Below, one piece after another: positions 11,891 to 25,375 of a stretch of DNA of 64,000 nt (within the stretch, counting starts at the first letter, position 1; each line of letters opens with the position of its first letter). This stretch comes from Eledone cirrhosa. Taxonomy: Eukaryota. The notes under the pieces are model-generated. The model was not told where the DNA came from, did no database searches, and saw only the letters and a list, made by a program, of their open reading frames with translations. The stretch lies in the NCBI GenBank assembly GCA_964016885.1, contig OZ024742.1, positions 233,182,001 to 233,246,000 on the forward strand, given 5' to 3'. The position numbers and the translations under genes are program-made.

Positions 11891-12966
11891 TCTATATATA
11901 TAAAACTGTGGTTGTCTGTCTGTCTATCGATTTTTGGCACACATCTCCTCTTAGAATCTCTCACGGAATTGCACCGAAATTGCTATACTTGTACATTGAG
12001 CCCTAGCGAAGACATCGGAAAAAAAATATTTCAAATTGACCCACCCTATCTGACGAAATCGAATATAATGTATCGATTTTTGAGCGTAAGTTATCAGTTA
12101 TTTCCCTTTGTTCTGTTTACATTGAGCGTCTTACGTAAAAAATTACGCTGGCTTTCTCAGTCTTTGTTAATAAATAACCAGTGCAGTTTTTATCCCCAGC
12201 ATCCTCTTTTGTTATAACATTCGGGTTATCGTTATGTTTTCTTAACTTCATAAGGCATATTGTTGGTTGAGGGAATATTAATCAAAAACACCACATGCAA
12301 GTCTGCACAGTAGACACTACAGTTTTTAAGCCAGAAAAGAAACTTAACATTGTAACTTTAACACAGCTACTGAGCGACCCCGTTTTGCTTCATTTCCATT
12401 TAAAAGCATTTTAAAACAATATTTTTACTTGAAAACAAGTCTATTTAAAGACTACGTAAAACAAGCAAATATTTCGTCGTTAGGCGTGCAGACTACAGTC
12501 GTGCAGACAGACAGTCGTGCAGAGAGGTGATATACGCGTGCAGACAGACAGTCGTGCAGAGAGGTGATATAGGCGTGCAGACAGACAGTCGTGCAGAGAG
12601 GTGATATAGGCGTGCAGACAGACAGTCGTGCAGAGAGGTGATATAGGCGTGCAGACAGACATAACTGATAATTTGGTTACGCTAATGTTTTTCTCTGCGT
12701 TGCAGTGTTTACATTTTCGATCTTTGTTAATAAATAACCAGTGCAGTTTTTATCCCCAGCATCCTCTTTTGTTATAACATTCGGGTTATCGTTATGTTTT
12801 CTTAACTTCATAAGGCATATTGTTGGTTGAGGGAATATTAATCAAAAACACCACATGCAAGTCTGCACAGTAGACACTACAGTTTTTAAGCCAAAAAAGA
12901 AACTTAACATTGTAACTTTAACACAGCTACTGAGCGACCCCGAACAACGCCGGGCTTTACTGCTAG
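11891..12966 (+). mobile_element. Non-autonomous Helitron
   Basis: A|TCTATATATATAAAA 5' end; 3' hairpin CCCGAACAACGCCGGG then CTAG|T; internal ~220-bp direct duplication (12160-12381 / 12721-12941); a second orphan Helitron 3' end at 11561-11591. Confidence 0.8.
12481..12660 (+). repeat. 36-bp minisatellite, ~5 copies, inside the Helitron
   Basis: Unit TAGGCGTGCAGACAGACAGTCGTGCAGAGAGGTGATA. Confidence 0.9.
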
Positions 12967-13108
12967 TTATATATATAAATAATATATATATATGTGTATG
13001 TGTGTGTGTGCGTGTGTGTGTTAATGTGTTAAGTATTTCCGTAGAAAATGTAAAGCAAAGAAGAGCATTCTTCTCTCCTTTACCTTTTCTATTTTTATTA
13101 TGTAATTT

Positions 13109-13169
<61 letters not shown>

Positions 13170-13309
13170 GCAGCTGCCATTTGCAATCGAGTATGACTAG
13201 ATAGTATGTGTCATGCTTTCGCTAAGAGTTTCAGGTGAGTCACGAACAGACATAGACATCCTCTCGTTCCACCTTCCCTTGAAAAGCTCCGAACCAATAT
13301 CCACTGATC

Positions 13310-13420
<111 letters not shown>

Positions 13421-13429
13421 GTATGTATG

Positions 13430-16400
13430 TAAAAGGTAAACAGAAATAACAACACAATCGGTACAGTATATGAAAGGGATATATTAGGTTAGCGCTTGAT
13501 ATAGCAGGAAGAGGGTCTTAACGTTTCGGACGCTAGTCCTTCATCAGAAGAAAGAATGAGAATTAAAATAGATTGAGGGGACGGGCGGGTTGGAATTGAA
13601 AAAAATGTCTTTAGATAAAAATAATAGGTCCATTATTCATGTTGACATCTCTTACAAAACTGTTGGTGCTGGCGTTTTGTGTATGATTTATTTTTTTAGA
13701 AAAGTGGATGATGGAGCGCGTCTACCTGAAATGGAATACTTGTGCACGTGCGTAAGCATGTGTGTGTGTGAGTGTGTGTTATACGTCCCAACGAAGCTAA
13801 GAAGAAATGTGTGTGTATATTTAAGTAAAAGACTGTGTGCATGTAAGTAAGAAGCTATGAGCAAAAGTATGTTAATATTAGGGTGTGCATGTGTGTATAC
13901 AGAGCAGTGAAGGGAAAGGTGGAGTGAGCATATATAGTCGGTATGTATTAGTTGTAAGAGAAGATGTTAATGATCAAGAGAAGCGATAGGAATCTAGGGG
14001 TGAATGTACAAGCGCGTGTGATAATGGACGGGGTATTAAAGAAATTGGGGAAGTGGGTTGAGTCCAAGAGGGGATAGGACCCAAGGCGGGGAATCAGACT
14101 TTCTTCAGTCTTGGTGCGCGAGACCTGTGATCCATGATGTAAAAGGACACTCAGGACTGAAACATGTAGGGAAGAATGACCAGGAGAACAGAAATGACGA
14201 GCGACAGGAATATCCAAACCGAGTCATATGTCCCTCAAATGCTCAGCAAAACGGTCCGCCATACGGCGTCCCGTTTTTCCGATGTATAAAGACCCGCAAA
14301 GGGAACACCAGAGGGCATAGATAACGTGGGTGGATGTGCAGGTGAAAGAGTGGCGGATACGGAAAGACCCGTTAGGACCTGTAAGAGTGGTGAGGGTGGA
14401 AATGAAAGGACGAGTGTTGCAACGGAAACGAGAACAAGGATGAGTGACGGGTGGAGTCGTGGGAGAGGACGAGAAGGAACTGCGAACCAGGAAGTCGCGG
14501 AGGTTGCGGGCGCGCTTAAATGCAGTAATGGGTGGGTTTGGAAAAATCGAGAAGTGACGGGGCCAGAAGAGAGGATGCGGAACGAACGGAGGATATGTCG
14601 CCGGAGTGGTAGGGTGATGGAGTGGTAGGTGAGAGGGAAAGGAACGCGGGTGTTGGGAGGGCGCAGGTGAGGTGAGGGGGCTGGGTGCGGCCTGTTTCAC
14701 GGCGCGGGTGAAAGCAGCTTGGATCAGGGTGGGGGGTGTTTGGGGGGATATCCACGCTGGATGAAGCAGGAAGCCATGTGAAGGGAATGGGTTTCGAAAT
14801 CGTCGTCGTGTCTACAGAGCCGTTGAAGACGGAGGAATTGGGAATAGGGTATGGAGTGTTTGGTGTCGGTTGGATGGGAGGAGGTGAAGTCGAGGTAAGA
14901 TTGGGAGTCTGTTGGTTTAACGAAGATGGAAGTAGAGAGGGTGTGGTGAGAGTGATTAATAGATAGAGAGATATCTAGAAAAGCGACAGAAGAATCGGAG
15001 ATGGAGGCGGTGAAATTGAGAGCAGGATGGAAAGATAGGACAAAAGACAGAACGCAGTCGAGCTGTTCTCGTGATAGAGAGGTGGTGCTGATACAGACGT
15101 CGATATAACAACTGTATAGCTCAGGAGTCGGTCCAGCGTACTGGGAGAAGACCTGGGCTTCGACGTAGCCAACAAACAAGTTGGCATAGTTTGGACCCAT
15201 TCTGGTCCCCATCGCTACCCCAGAGACCTGTTGATAAAATTCACCTGAAAAAGAAAAGCCATTGAGGGTGAGAACAAGCTCAGCCAGGCGGAGAAGAGTG
15301 GTAGTGCTGGGGTAAGGGGTAGGGCGTAAATCTAAAAAAATGTTGGAGAGTGCGGAGGCTGTCATCATGGGGGATGACGGTATAGAGAGAGGTGATGTCC
15401 AGGGTAAAGAGAAGGTGGGAGGGACCAGGAGGGAAGGAGTTGAAGAGTCTAAGGGCATAATTGGTACCGCGGATGTGGGAGGGGAGATTGCCGACCAACG
15501 GGGCGAGGATGGTGTCTAAATATTCAGAAATTATCTCGGTGGGGCAGTTGCACACAGAAACGATAGGACGGCCAGGATTATTTTGTTTGTGTATTTTGGG
15601 GAGGAAGCAGATGGTGGGTGTGCGAGGGGTGCGTACAACAAGGTTGGTGGCTGTGGGGGGTAGGAGAGAGGAGGAGATGAGCTCGTGGATGGCGGAGGAC
15701 ACGAGTTGTTGGTAGCCAAGAGTGGGGTCGGAGGATAAAGGGTGGTAAAAAAGGGTATTGTGAAGCTGATGGAGAGCCTCAGCCTTATAGAGGTCAGCGC
15801 TCCAAGCCACCTTTGTCAGCGGGTTTGATGACAATGTCATCCCGACGCCGAAGGTTACGAAGAGCGGAGAGCTCAGTTCACGTGATGTTGGAGGGACGAG
15901 AATTCTGGTGGAAACGGAACCGATTCACATACGCCGGCAAGTATCGACAAAGGAGTCGAGGGTGCTGAACTGGCCAGAGCTCGGCGTCCAATGTGATTTC
16001 CGGCGACTGAGACGAGTGAAGTCATCCGTCTGTGTCGATGATGGCGTGTCGTGAAAAAAAGCTTTCAGCTTTAATCGACGGAAGAACCCTTCAATATCGG
16101 CATGTGTGCAGAACTCGTCGCAGGTAGACGTGGTTGGTATAAAACGCAAACCACGGCCGAGGAGGGAGCGCTCAGCTTCGGAGAGTGGTAGGTCCTGGGG
16201 TACGGTGACTACAGTGCAGGGACGTGAGGGAGTGAAAGAGGCGGAGGGGTTGAGGTGATTGGGCAAAGCGTGTGCAGGTTCAGTGGTGGGGAGAGGACAG
16301 GATAAAGGGGTTAGGGTTGGAGGTGATATGAGTATGGGTGGTGACGGCAGGCGGGGAGCGGCGAGAGTCGTGTTTGTGGTTTTTTATGGAAGTGAGGAAA

Positions 16401-16860
16401 TTGGGCGAGGAAAGGGTGGCAAGTGCAGGAGAGATGGAGGTAGGCCTTTGAGAGATCTCGGTCGAGCGAACGGATTCGGGCGAGAGTTGATCGAATGGTC
16501 GCCCGCATGAGCTGGCGAGAGGAGCGGGTAAGGATGGGTTTAGTAGTGGGAGCAGAGTAAGAGGTGGGATGTAACTTGAGGCGGAAACCGCGGGGAATTT
16601 AGGTGGTGGTGGAGACAGCGACTTAAAAAGGTAATGTGACTGTTGTATTTTGTTTTGGTGAAGATGAGATTGGAGAGATGCAGGGAGGATTGGATGCATA
16701 TAGGGGTGTGGGTGGGGGTGGAGGAAGCACTTGAAGTAGAATGGAGCTGGCGGAGAAAAGATTTGAGATTGGGCATATTGAATGTACTAGGGTGGGAGTG
16801 AAAAATAGGTGGGTGAGAAGAAGGTGGTGTAAGAAGATTGTAGTAGAGGAATATATATAT
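13430..16860 (-). mobile_element. Near full-length, disrupted Penelope-like retroelement (Neptune-like): RT plus GIY-YIG endonuclease
   Basis: LPKIHKQNNPGRPIVS, LDITSLYT, GVAMGTRMGPNYANLF, degenerate YIDD (YIDV), FLDI, Cys linker CSRFRCNT, VIYALWCSLCGSLYIGKTGRRMADRFAEH; split by frameshifts; N-terminal ATG near 16776. Confidence 0.92.
13516..13551 (-). ncRNA. Minimal type I hammerhead ribozyme in the pLTR
   Basis: UCUU-CUGAUGA-A-GGAC(UAGC)GUCC-GAAACGU-U-AAGA: intact core, 4-bp stems I and II, palindromic ACGU stem III. Confidence 0.75.
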
Positions 16861-17179
16861 AATTGTGATTGCAGAGGTATTCAACGTACTTTCAATTTAC
16901 TTCACCTCAAATTCTTTTCTTGTTTTAACTGACCCTTATTTAATCTTTGTAGACCGTAGAAAATGGAGGAAAGTGGTTTTGTTAAACATAATTATTCGTT
17001 GCATATCCTTTCAGAACCAATTTATTTACTTTTCCACTCTCTGTACACAATAAACTGATAAATTTAGCTTCTTTATTATATGTGAATTAATCAACTATAA
17101 AATCTTTCCATATTAGAGAAAAACTGATGCTGCTAGTCAAAAGAATTTATTACAGTAATTCATATTTTGTTTCTTTCAG

Positions 17180-17241
17180 CTCCTTGGAGACCAGTTCACA
17201 ATACTTGAAACCATGACTCCATTAGATTTTATCGATTTTCG
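17180..17241 (+). CDS. TDO2: Tryptophan 2,3-dioxygenase exon (first seen in the window): LLGDQFTILETMTPLDFIDF(R)
   Basis: tttcag|...CG|gtaag; matches the TDO motif ILETMTxLDFxDFR. Confidence 0.95.
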
Positions 17242-18327
17242 GTAAGAAATATTTTTACAAATATTTTCTATAACCAATACGTCCATGATGTAGAAATTAG
17301 AAAATCGTTTTTACTCGTTTATTAAAAGTTGTTCAGTTTCTTTTTTAGTTTTTAGATTTAATATTAATGAACTCTAGGTATTAATTTCAAATCCTATCAT
17401 TGTTAGACACTTGTTATTCCCTTTCACCCCGTTGCTTTCTCTAAAAGTGCCTCCACTTGTGAAAATCAATAACATATACAAAAAGTATCACACCACATTG
17501 GTCTAATTAAAACTTCTCAAAAGTGTTCAATTAATTTTAGTTTTAATACTTTTAAATTTATACAAGTGATAGACAGGTTCATCAACGATTCTGCTTTTAA
17601 ACAATGAATAGAAGGTTTGTTTGAAGAGTAATGTTCGCAGACGTTCAGCGTGGTCCTTACTTGGGTGTAGTAACAAAAATATTGTTCGTTATTCAGAGTA
17701 TGATCGAACAGGAAAAATAAATTTTCTTAAATATTCTGACCGGATTATTCATGGCACTCTATGATTACAAAATGGCACATATGATTACAAAAAAAAAAAA
17801 AAAAAAAAAAAAAAGTCTTAGTTTATACCAAAATTCTATGACATCAAGCTAAAGTGGAGTTAATGGTTGATTATCGATGTTTGCAAAAAGTGACTATCTT
17901 TGATTTAGTGTCCCTGCAAATGAAAACCCCACTGCTGTCCAGTAAAACCTGCAGCTTAGGTTTAATTGCTGACTTACTGTTTGCTTATCATCTTTTCTAA
18001 CTATAAGATATATTAAGGATATCTTATATTATTTATATGGTTTTTTTTTTTTAGTAATTTCTATGAAAACTAAGTGCGGTGTTCTTGATCAGATATAGTC
18101 GATTCATAAACTCGCAATCTCCAATAACCATTCATAAAATATATCTTACATTGAGTTTGTGCTTTCCTCGTCACCATTTTGTTTTTTCCGACACGTGAGC
18201 ATATTATGTTATATTTTCCGAAGAAAAAAGTAATAGTGACTTCGATGTTTCGGCGACGATTGCGCCACATCAGTCTGAAGAGCCACCATCGGCGAAACAT
18301 TGAAATTACTGCCATTTTTACTTCCGA

Positions 18328-18389
<62 letters not shown>

Positions 18390-19079
18390 CTCTCTCTCTC
18401 CCTCTGGTTTCCGGTTATATAAGCACTAATATAAAATGGGAAATCTGAATTTTGATAAATCAATGGTTTGCAAAAGAGAAACCCTATAGTTTATGTTGAT
18501 TACGGACTCTTGTAAGTGATTAAAAATGAAAATTATTTTTTAATAATTTATTTCTATGATATAATTTCATAAATGTTCAGCACAGATGTACGAATGACAT
18601 ACACAATGACATATGTAATATACTTACAAAATGCTAACACACATAATGTGTTTTTCAAATTAGGCGTAGAAACGGTATTAGACTAAGCACCGTTTATAGC
18701 AGCACACGTTTTTATAGGTGGTATATGAAAAGACGTCTGAAACTTCAACATTCGAAACTTCACACAAACTTAACCAATAGATGTTTTCATACTGTAAGTT
18801 AGATGGCGACCATTAATAACAGTGAACACAAGGTCCTACAAGGGTAATAAACTTATCTATTTATTTGAGTGTCCATCTACATATAGTTAAAGAAACATTG
18901 GTGTCATAGGACTCAATTATCAATTGTTATAGAAATATGTTGCGTGTTAAGAATATGGGTGGGCTGGAGTGAGGATGTAGAGATCCTAAAACAATTTTTA
19001 GTTTTATATTAATTGATTATTTATAATGGTAAAAAGAATAAGAATTCCTGTATGGGTACATTGAAAAGATTTCCGATTT

Positions 19080-20700
19080 CCTATTCAACAAATTTAGATG
19101 ATACTTAATTATTAAGAGATACTCTGATAAATACAAATTTCATTTTAGGTTTCCTGGCTTGTAGGCCTTTGCAGTTTTCAAAATAGACCAAGAGAGGGAG
19201 TAAAATATGTTAGACTTTTTAAAATCCCACACAATTGGCGAGCGAGGTTGAATTCTTCAATTTTACATTCCTAGGAGAATGAAGCTGGGAGTAATACTGT
19301 GATTAAGAAACTAATCTATGTTGCAACGTTGTAAGCTTTAGTAACACTAGGTACAGAAGCAGTGCACTGATAAACTATGCTAGATAATAGGCAATAAGCA
19401 TTAAGAGGTCAACCTTCCGAGTATCTGTAATTGCAGTTGGAGTTAGCTATTGGCTTACCCTGAGCTTCACATACAGTATTAATGTTATTTAAAGGGTTTT
19501 CACTTCGACAGGGATAGGTCTTACTCCTAGTCTTCTGTGCAGTTGTTTTTGTAGAGCCTAGCTAAATTGTCTGATATATTACAATTATTCAGTTTTTCAC
19601 TGTTGCCAGGGGCTAAATAATTTGCTAAATTAGGGGTGGTTGAGAAAGAAAGTTTGATAGTATTTTTATTTAGCAGTTTATGGCACTTATGCGATTGGGG
19701 AATGTTTTTATAAAGTATACTAAAGAACCATTTAGGTATATTTGAAGTTATGTGCTCACTATAAGATTGATTAAACTATGTGGTGGGCCTTCTGCGGTTT
19801 GTCTTACTACTTAAATGTTGAGGTATTATCATCTAATGGTTGGAAGTTGACCGATGGAAAGCGAGAGTTCAGTTCATTATTATTGCTATGAGAATTGTTA
19901 TTACTAGATTTGGAGATGCTAAGGAGCTTACTAGAGCTTATTACATGAACATGTGTCGATTTTGAAAGTTTATGTGAGTGAAGCTTATGCTGTATTATAT
20001 CTCTCCATCTATCCTTATTTAAATTCGTATCTTTACAGTTGTTTTTGTTACTACAAGTTATATTTCTATTATTGTTATCATATTTATTGTGTTGTTAGCG
20101 TGTGTACGTTATTTCATACTCCTACCATCCCTATTTATGTTAGATGCGATAATTACAGTCTTAATAGAAGAAGCATTAACTTGGTCAATAGATTTATCAT
20201 TAGTGTCATTTTGGCTAGATTCAATATTTTTATAATACTTAGATCTACGTAATGAGCTATTGTAAGTAATCATATTTGAATTTCTACTTCTACAGTTATT
20301 ATCTATGTTGTATAGGATCTTCTCAGTATATCCTGATCTAGTTAACTCCTCATTGTAATATTGTGTATTTTCGTTAAATGTATCACAATTGGAGGATAGT
20401 CTGGAGATTCTATTGGATATATTTTTTACTACAGACTTAAGTATAAACTTAGGATGGTTTGAGAGGTTATTTACATAAAATAGGTACTCACCTGGGCTAT
20501 GGTAAGGTTTATATAACCTGGTATTTAGTTCAAAGGTGATATCTAGGAAATAAATTACATTATTATTTATATATTGTCATTATATTGAAGCTATTTCCTT
20601 AAAAAACCTATGTAAGTGCTTCTTTGTTCTTTCTAGGTATCTATTATTGCAGTTAGTAGTGAAGACAGCATCGTCACGATATTAGCTTCAATTTAGATAT
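19080..20700 (-). mobile_element. Degenerate Penelope-like element (RT C-terminus to GIY-YIG)
   Basis: Minus strand gives YRDD, FLDITF, YKPYH, SNHPK, IKLSFSTT and NCN..PLN.YCL.SSIVYQC remnants, paralogous to 995-1990. Confidence 0.7.
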
Positions 20701-20925
20701 TTGTAAAAAAACAATAAAAATAAATATTTCCCGAGAAAAGTTTTGAAATGTAATTTCAATGTTTGTTGATTTAATTAATTACTTAATTAAAACGCAAATA
20801 GTTACAGATGTTTACTGTTGCATTTCAATAAGTCGAAAAGATCGTAGAAAAGAATATATTGATTTGAACTATATAAAAGATCTTTGGCTATATACCCGAA
20901 TTATATATATATATATAATTATATA

Positions 20926-20962
<37 letters not shown>

Positions 20963-21453
20963 TTAACTAGGAAATAAGTTTAATTATTTGGAAATCTACA
21001 ATGCGTGTGAGATTATAAGTGGCAAGGTAATAGGTATAAAAAAAATAGGATAAAAAGACTGAGAAAAGAGTGAGAACGGTAGAATTTTACTTTAATGATC
21101 CCAAATACTTTTGGATTTACAATCCATTATCAAGGGAAGCCGTGGAGGGGGGGGGGGGGGGCTCATAGAGCAATCTGAGAAGAGTTATTGATGGCTGGTC
21201 GATTAATTAAAAAAACAAACAGAGAATGTTTGATATGTATAGTTTTAAGCTATACTGTCCACTTATCATCTTGCGACATTTTGATAATTTGATCATAGTC
21301 TATTAATTATATTCAAATTTGATCGCTTGAATTTATTTCGAGAATATTTTTCTTTATATGTTCGATTTAAGTATTTATCAGAGAAACTGAAAAATATATA
21401 GTCTTGTGAGTCGAATATGTTTAATCGAATTTAATTATATTATTAATGAGAAG

Positions 21454-21845
21454 GGCGGTGGATTGGCAGTATCAGTAGAGGGTCGGACGCCATGCTTTCC
21501 AGCATAGTTACGTCCCTTTACGATCTGAGTTCAAATCCCGCCGAGGTTGACTTTGCCTTTCATCCTTACGGGGTCGATAAAATAAAGTACCAGTAATGTA
21601 CTGGGTAATTGCTGGCCTTGTGCCTAAAGTAGAGACAATTATTAATGAGAAGAAAGGGCGGTGAATTGGCAGTATCGGTAGAGGGTTGGACGCCATGCTT
21701 TCTATCGTAGTTACGTCCTTTTACGGTCTGAGTTCAAATCCCCTCGAGGTTAACTTTGCGTTTCATCCTTAAGGGGTCGATAAAATAAAGTACCAGTAAT
21801 GTACTGGGTAATTGCTGGCCTTGTGCCACAAGTAGAAACAATTAT
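21454..21845 (+). mobile_element. Two SINE copies in tandem
   Basis: Two full SINEs (21454-21642, 21657-21845), bounded three times by ATTAATGAGAAG. Confidence 0.9.
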
Positions 21846-23387
21846 TAATGAGAAGAAAATTGATTAGCGTTAAAATAAATTCTATTCAAAAAGGCAATTT
21901 AGAGGACAACGAACTTTAAATTGACAAGAAAATGAAATGGATTATGTCTGATTTTTTTGATTTTTTATCTCTGTTGAAATCTCCGGACCTGTTTCCATCT
22001 TGTCATATCTCCTCGGCAAAGTATAGACCAACACATAACTACCTGTCTGCAGAATGATCACTTGAAGAGTATGTAGTTTATGTGCAAAAATAATTCATTA
22101 TCTAGACTAGACAATTTAGAATGATAACATTGGATAAGTTAGCAAAGGTGCTTTCTGTGTGGGCTTATATTATTAATGCAGTGAACGGAGAATATTTTTT
22201 TGTCAACTAAAATTATACCCATAATGATAAGAAATGTTAATAAATTTAAATTATTTGTCTGTCGTGTTAGGCAATAGTTGCAGGAAGTTTACTTCAAGTT
22301 TATTCTGCTGCTGTTAAATTCAAACCATCTGCCATAAAACTATTTTATAAGAAATGACATTATTCAAGTTCAAAGGCGTTAGAAAATCTAAATACATATT
22401 TTTCTTTCTTTCTTTTTTACCCGTTCTCTCCAATGCTGCACATTGTGTGTCTGTTCTGGAAGAGACAAAGCATCAGACGTTTCAGAAGAGTATGACATCG
22501 TTATTTTTCAATTTAATAATCGTTGTCTGTTGAAGCCACCTGTTTTACAATTTTCACGAGTAGCTTGCTGTGTGCAACATTACTTCAAAAATTCTTCTCC
22601 TTTTGATTCACTCCTTTCCTTCTTTAGTTTATAGAAGCTTTAATTTTTACTTTAGCTGTAAGTTAGAGCACAGCTTAAATCTTCTTTTCCAAAGTGCATA
22701 TTTTTATAATTGAGAAAATAATGAGACGGTTTTGATTTCTCTTCAAGGTCAGTAAAGAGTTAAGTTTAAACTAGAGATAAAAAATGATAGCTTTTATAAA
22801 TAGAAATAAATGCAATTCTATCTGAAGAAAAATATAGAAAGTACTATTCTGAATGAGACACTTTAATGAAGTAATATGATTATATAATGTATACAAATAG
22901 AAAGTTATTTCAGTACACTGAGTTTAAAGTTGTTAAACATCACTTGTCAACTACTGAAAACTGATCATTAGTTGATCAGTTCTTCAATGTGAAACAGTAG
23001 AATTTGAAAAAAAACCCCCAAATAATGATGGTTTACACCGGCAAACAATAAGTAAAAAAAAAATCGTTAAGTGGAATTAGTAATTTTTCTATGAAGTAAA
23101 TGAGAAGTTTAACATTTCAGACAGAATCCGTTCGTGCCAGCGTGATGATAGTTTATCAGCCTAACAGTTTATCAATGTGTGAGCTCAACAATCTTTCCCT
23201 CAACAAACCGATTATGAGATTATTTTGATATTTCTCCTTTCACCCTTCATTGTATCAACATTGGCAATCTTCGGGTGAACTAATTAAGACTGATTATTCT
23301 ACATGAACATTCTAACACTACAGAAGTCTGTGTAACTAACTTTTTTCCTACGAAAATTGATATGTATATGTGTATTAGCCTAATGGA

Positions 23388-23705
23388 AGCATAGCCGAAG
23401 GGTTAAGAGGTTCGCTTCGCAATCATTAGGTCCTGGGTTCGCTCCCAATGTGTGGCATCTTGGGCAAGTGTCATTTATCATAGCGTTGGACCAATCTATG
23501 TTGTAGGAGTAAGATTAGGTGGACAGAAACTGTTTAAAAATCTGTTAAAAAACTCTAATTGAAAGGGCCAGCCTTGTCACACATTATTTTGCTGAATCTT
23601 CCTGATAATGACATTAAGGGTACACTGACACGTTAGTTTCATGAGCAGGCAGTTTCGTTGATGAAACAACTGGAACACTTATCGTCAAAACCGACGAAGG
23701 TCCAT
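23388..23705 (+). mobile_element. Older CORE-type tRNA SINE (OR2-like)
   Basis: tRNA-like head (GGTTAAGAGGTTCGCTTC...GGGTTCG) then CTTGGGCAAGTGTC...GGACAGAAACTG; related copies near 28404, 47296, 58025 and 63440. Confidence 0.65.
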
Positions 23706-25328
23706 CGTTTGACATCATATTAGTCTAATATCTCCCTGGGTATTGTGGTTTCATTGCACTATAAATATCCTTTAGTTTTTAATAGGCTGTTATGTGTTCT
23801 AGTCCATCTTACATGGTTTGTGTTGGAGGAGCTAAAGCAGTAAAAATGTTAAGAACTGAAAAATATTGTATATATGTTTTATTTGATCCACCAGGAGTGT
23901 ATAATAGTGCATGAGCATGTATAGATGCAAACATGGCACAACGAAAACCTCCCATATCACCGTAGACAAGATATTATTTTTCAAACTATAAACGAAAGTA
24001 AGCATTCAAATTTCAATTCTTAAACATATATATATTTCAATAATATTTATACCTAATATTTTAATGTGTTTACTGCAATGATGTTTTACACCGGTATGAA
24101 TTAACTTTTGATAAAAGTCATTTGCATTGTTAATCAACGTTCAACAAAATCTATTGCTTTAAACGCTCTTTACCTAGTGTACTCTAATTATTGCTATGTA
24201 TACTTGTGCGTACAAAGAAGTCCAGTGAAGTTCATCTCCACTCTGGTCGTATTCCCATAAGATCAATGTTTACTGTTCACCAGTGGAGCTAACAAGGGAG
24301 CTTCTACATGTTGACTACCCTGCAAGAAATAGCAGCAAAGGTTTCCTTAAATACACCCACCACAATTTTTTTATGTGAAGGACATTGAACAGATGGAATG
24401 GTCGCAACTTGAACTGCTTTGATCATAGAACATTTGCATAGAAATATTCGTTCTTTGCTATCCTGACATACATTTGACGTTTAGCGGTAGGAAGGAGAAA
24501 GCTAATTAAGTTTAATATCTTACGCTTCTATTGCATCAAATATTTTTGTATTATCTTTGTATTTTCAATAATTTAGCCACGAAAAATACAAGCTATACAT
24601 CTGTAGTTTCTTCGGAATGTTTTTAAAGGACTATCGATGACTTATATATCCAACAAACATCGATATACTGTGGCATAGAATCACTCTCACAACATGAATT
24701 TTATATTGGCCTTCTTTTTAAATTATTATTTAGTATCATTCATTGACTAACAATGCACTTCGTAACACAGAGTTTCTGATTAATGAGTTTACAAATTTTA
24801 AGTATACTTCTCAAAACCCACATCCTCATAAATTCTCTTGAGGTTCAACACTTTTACAAGCATTAATTTGATCACTGCATATTATATTGCCAACACACAT
24901 AATTATCATCCTGTAGTTTGTCTTTTATTTGTAGCACTTTTAGTTTTTCGCACAATATTGATATTATCATAGCGTTTTTGACATATCGTCAACTTGAATC
25001 TAATTATCTAAACATGATTCTTATATTTATTGCTTATTTTCTGCAAATTGCTTGTATTCAGTTTTTATATATTATTATTGTATTATTATATGTGTATGGT
25101 TGACTTTGCCTTTCATCCTTACAGGGTCGATAAAATAAAGTACCAGTAATGCACTGGGTATTTGCTGTCCTTGTGCCAAAAGTAGAAACAATTATTATAT
25201 GTGTAAGGACACGTAACGTCTGATGAAGTCGTAAGGAAGCCGTAGTGTCTTGGGTATTTTACAATTGGTGGAACCCGCCCCTTCTCCAAGTCTGAACAAA
25301 TCCCATTTCTTACAGAGAGAGAGAGAGA

Positions 25329-25375
<47 letters not shown>

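Noticed and set aside
16950-17053. Candidate upstream TDO exon after tttgtag
   Set aside because: No frame resembles the expected DER.ML....R...ILK segment, and there is no suitable donor.
21454-21545. tRNA gene (A/B boxes, GGCGG/CCGCC acceptor-like stem)
   Set aside because: It is the head of a SINE repeated more than 20 times; no proper anticodon arm.
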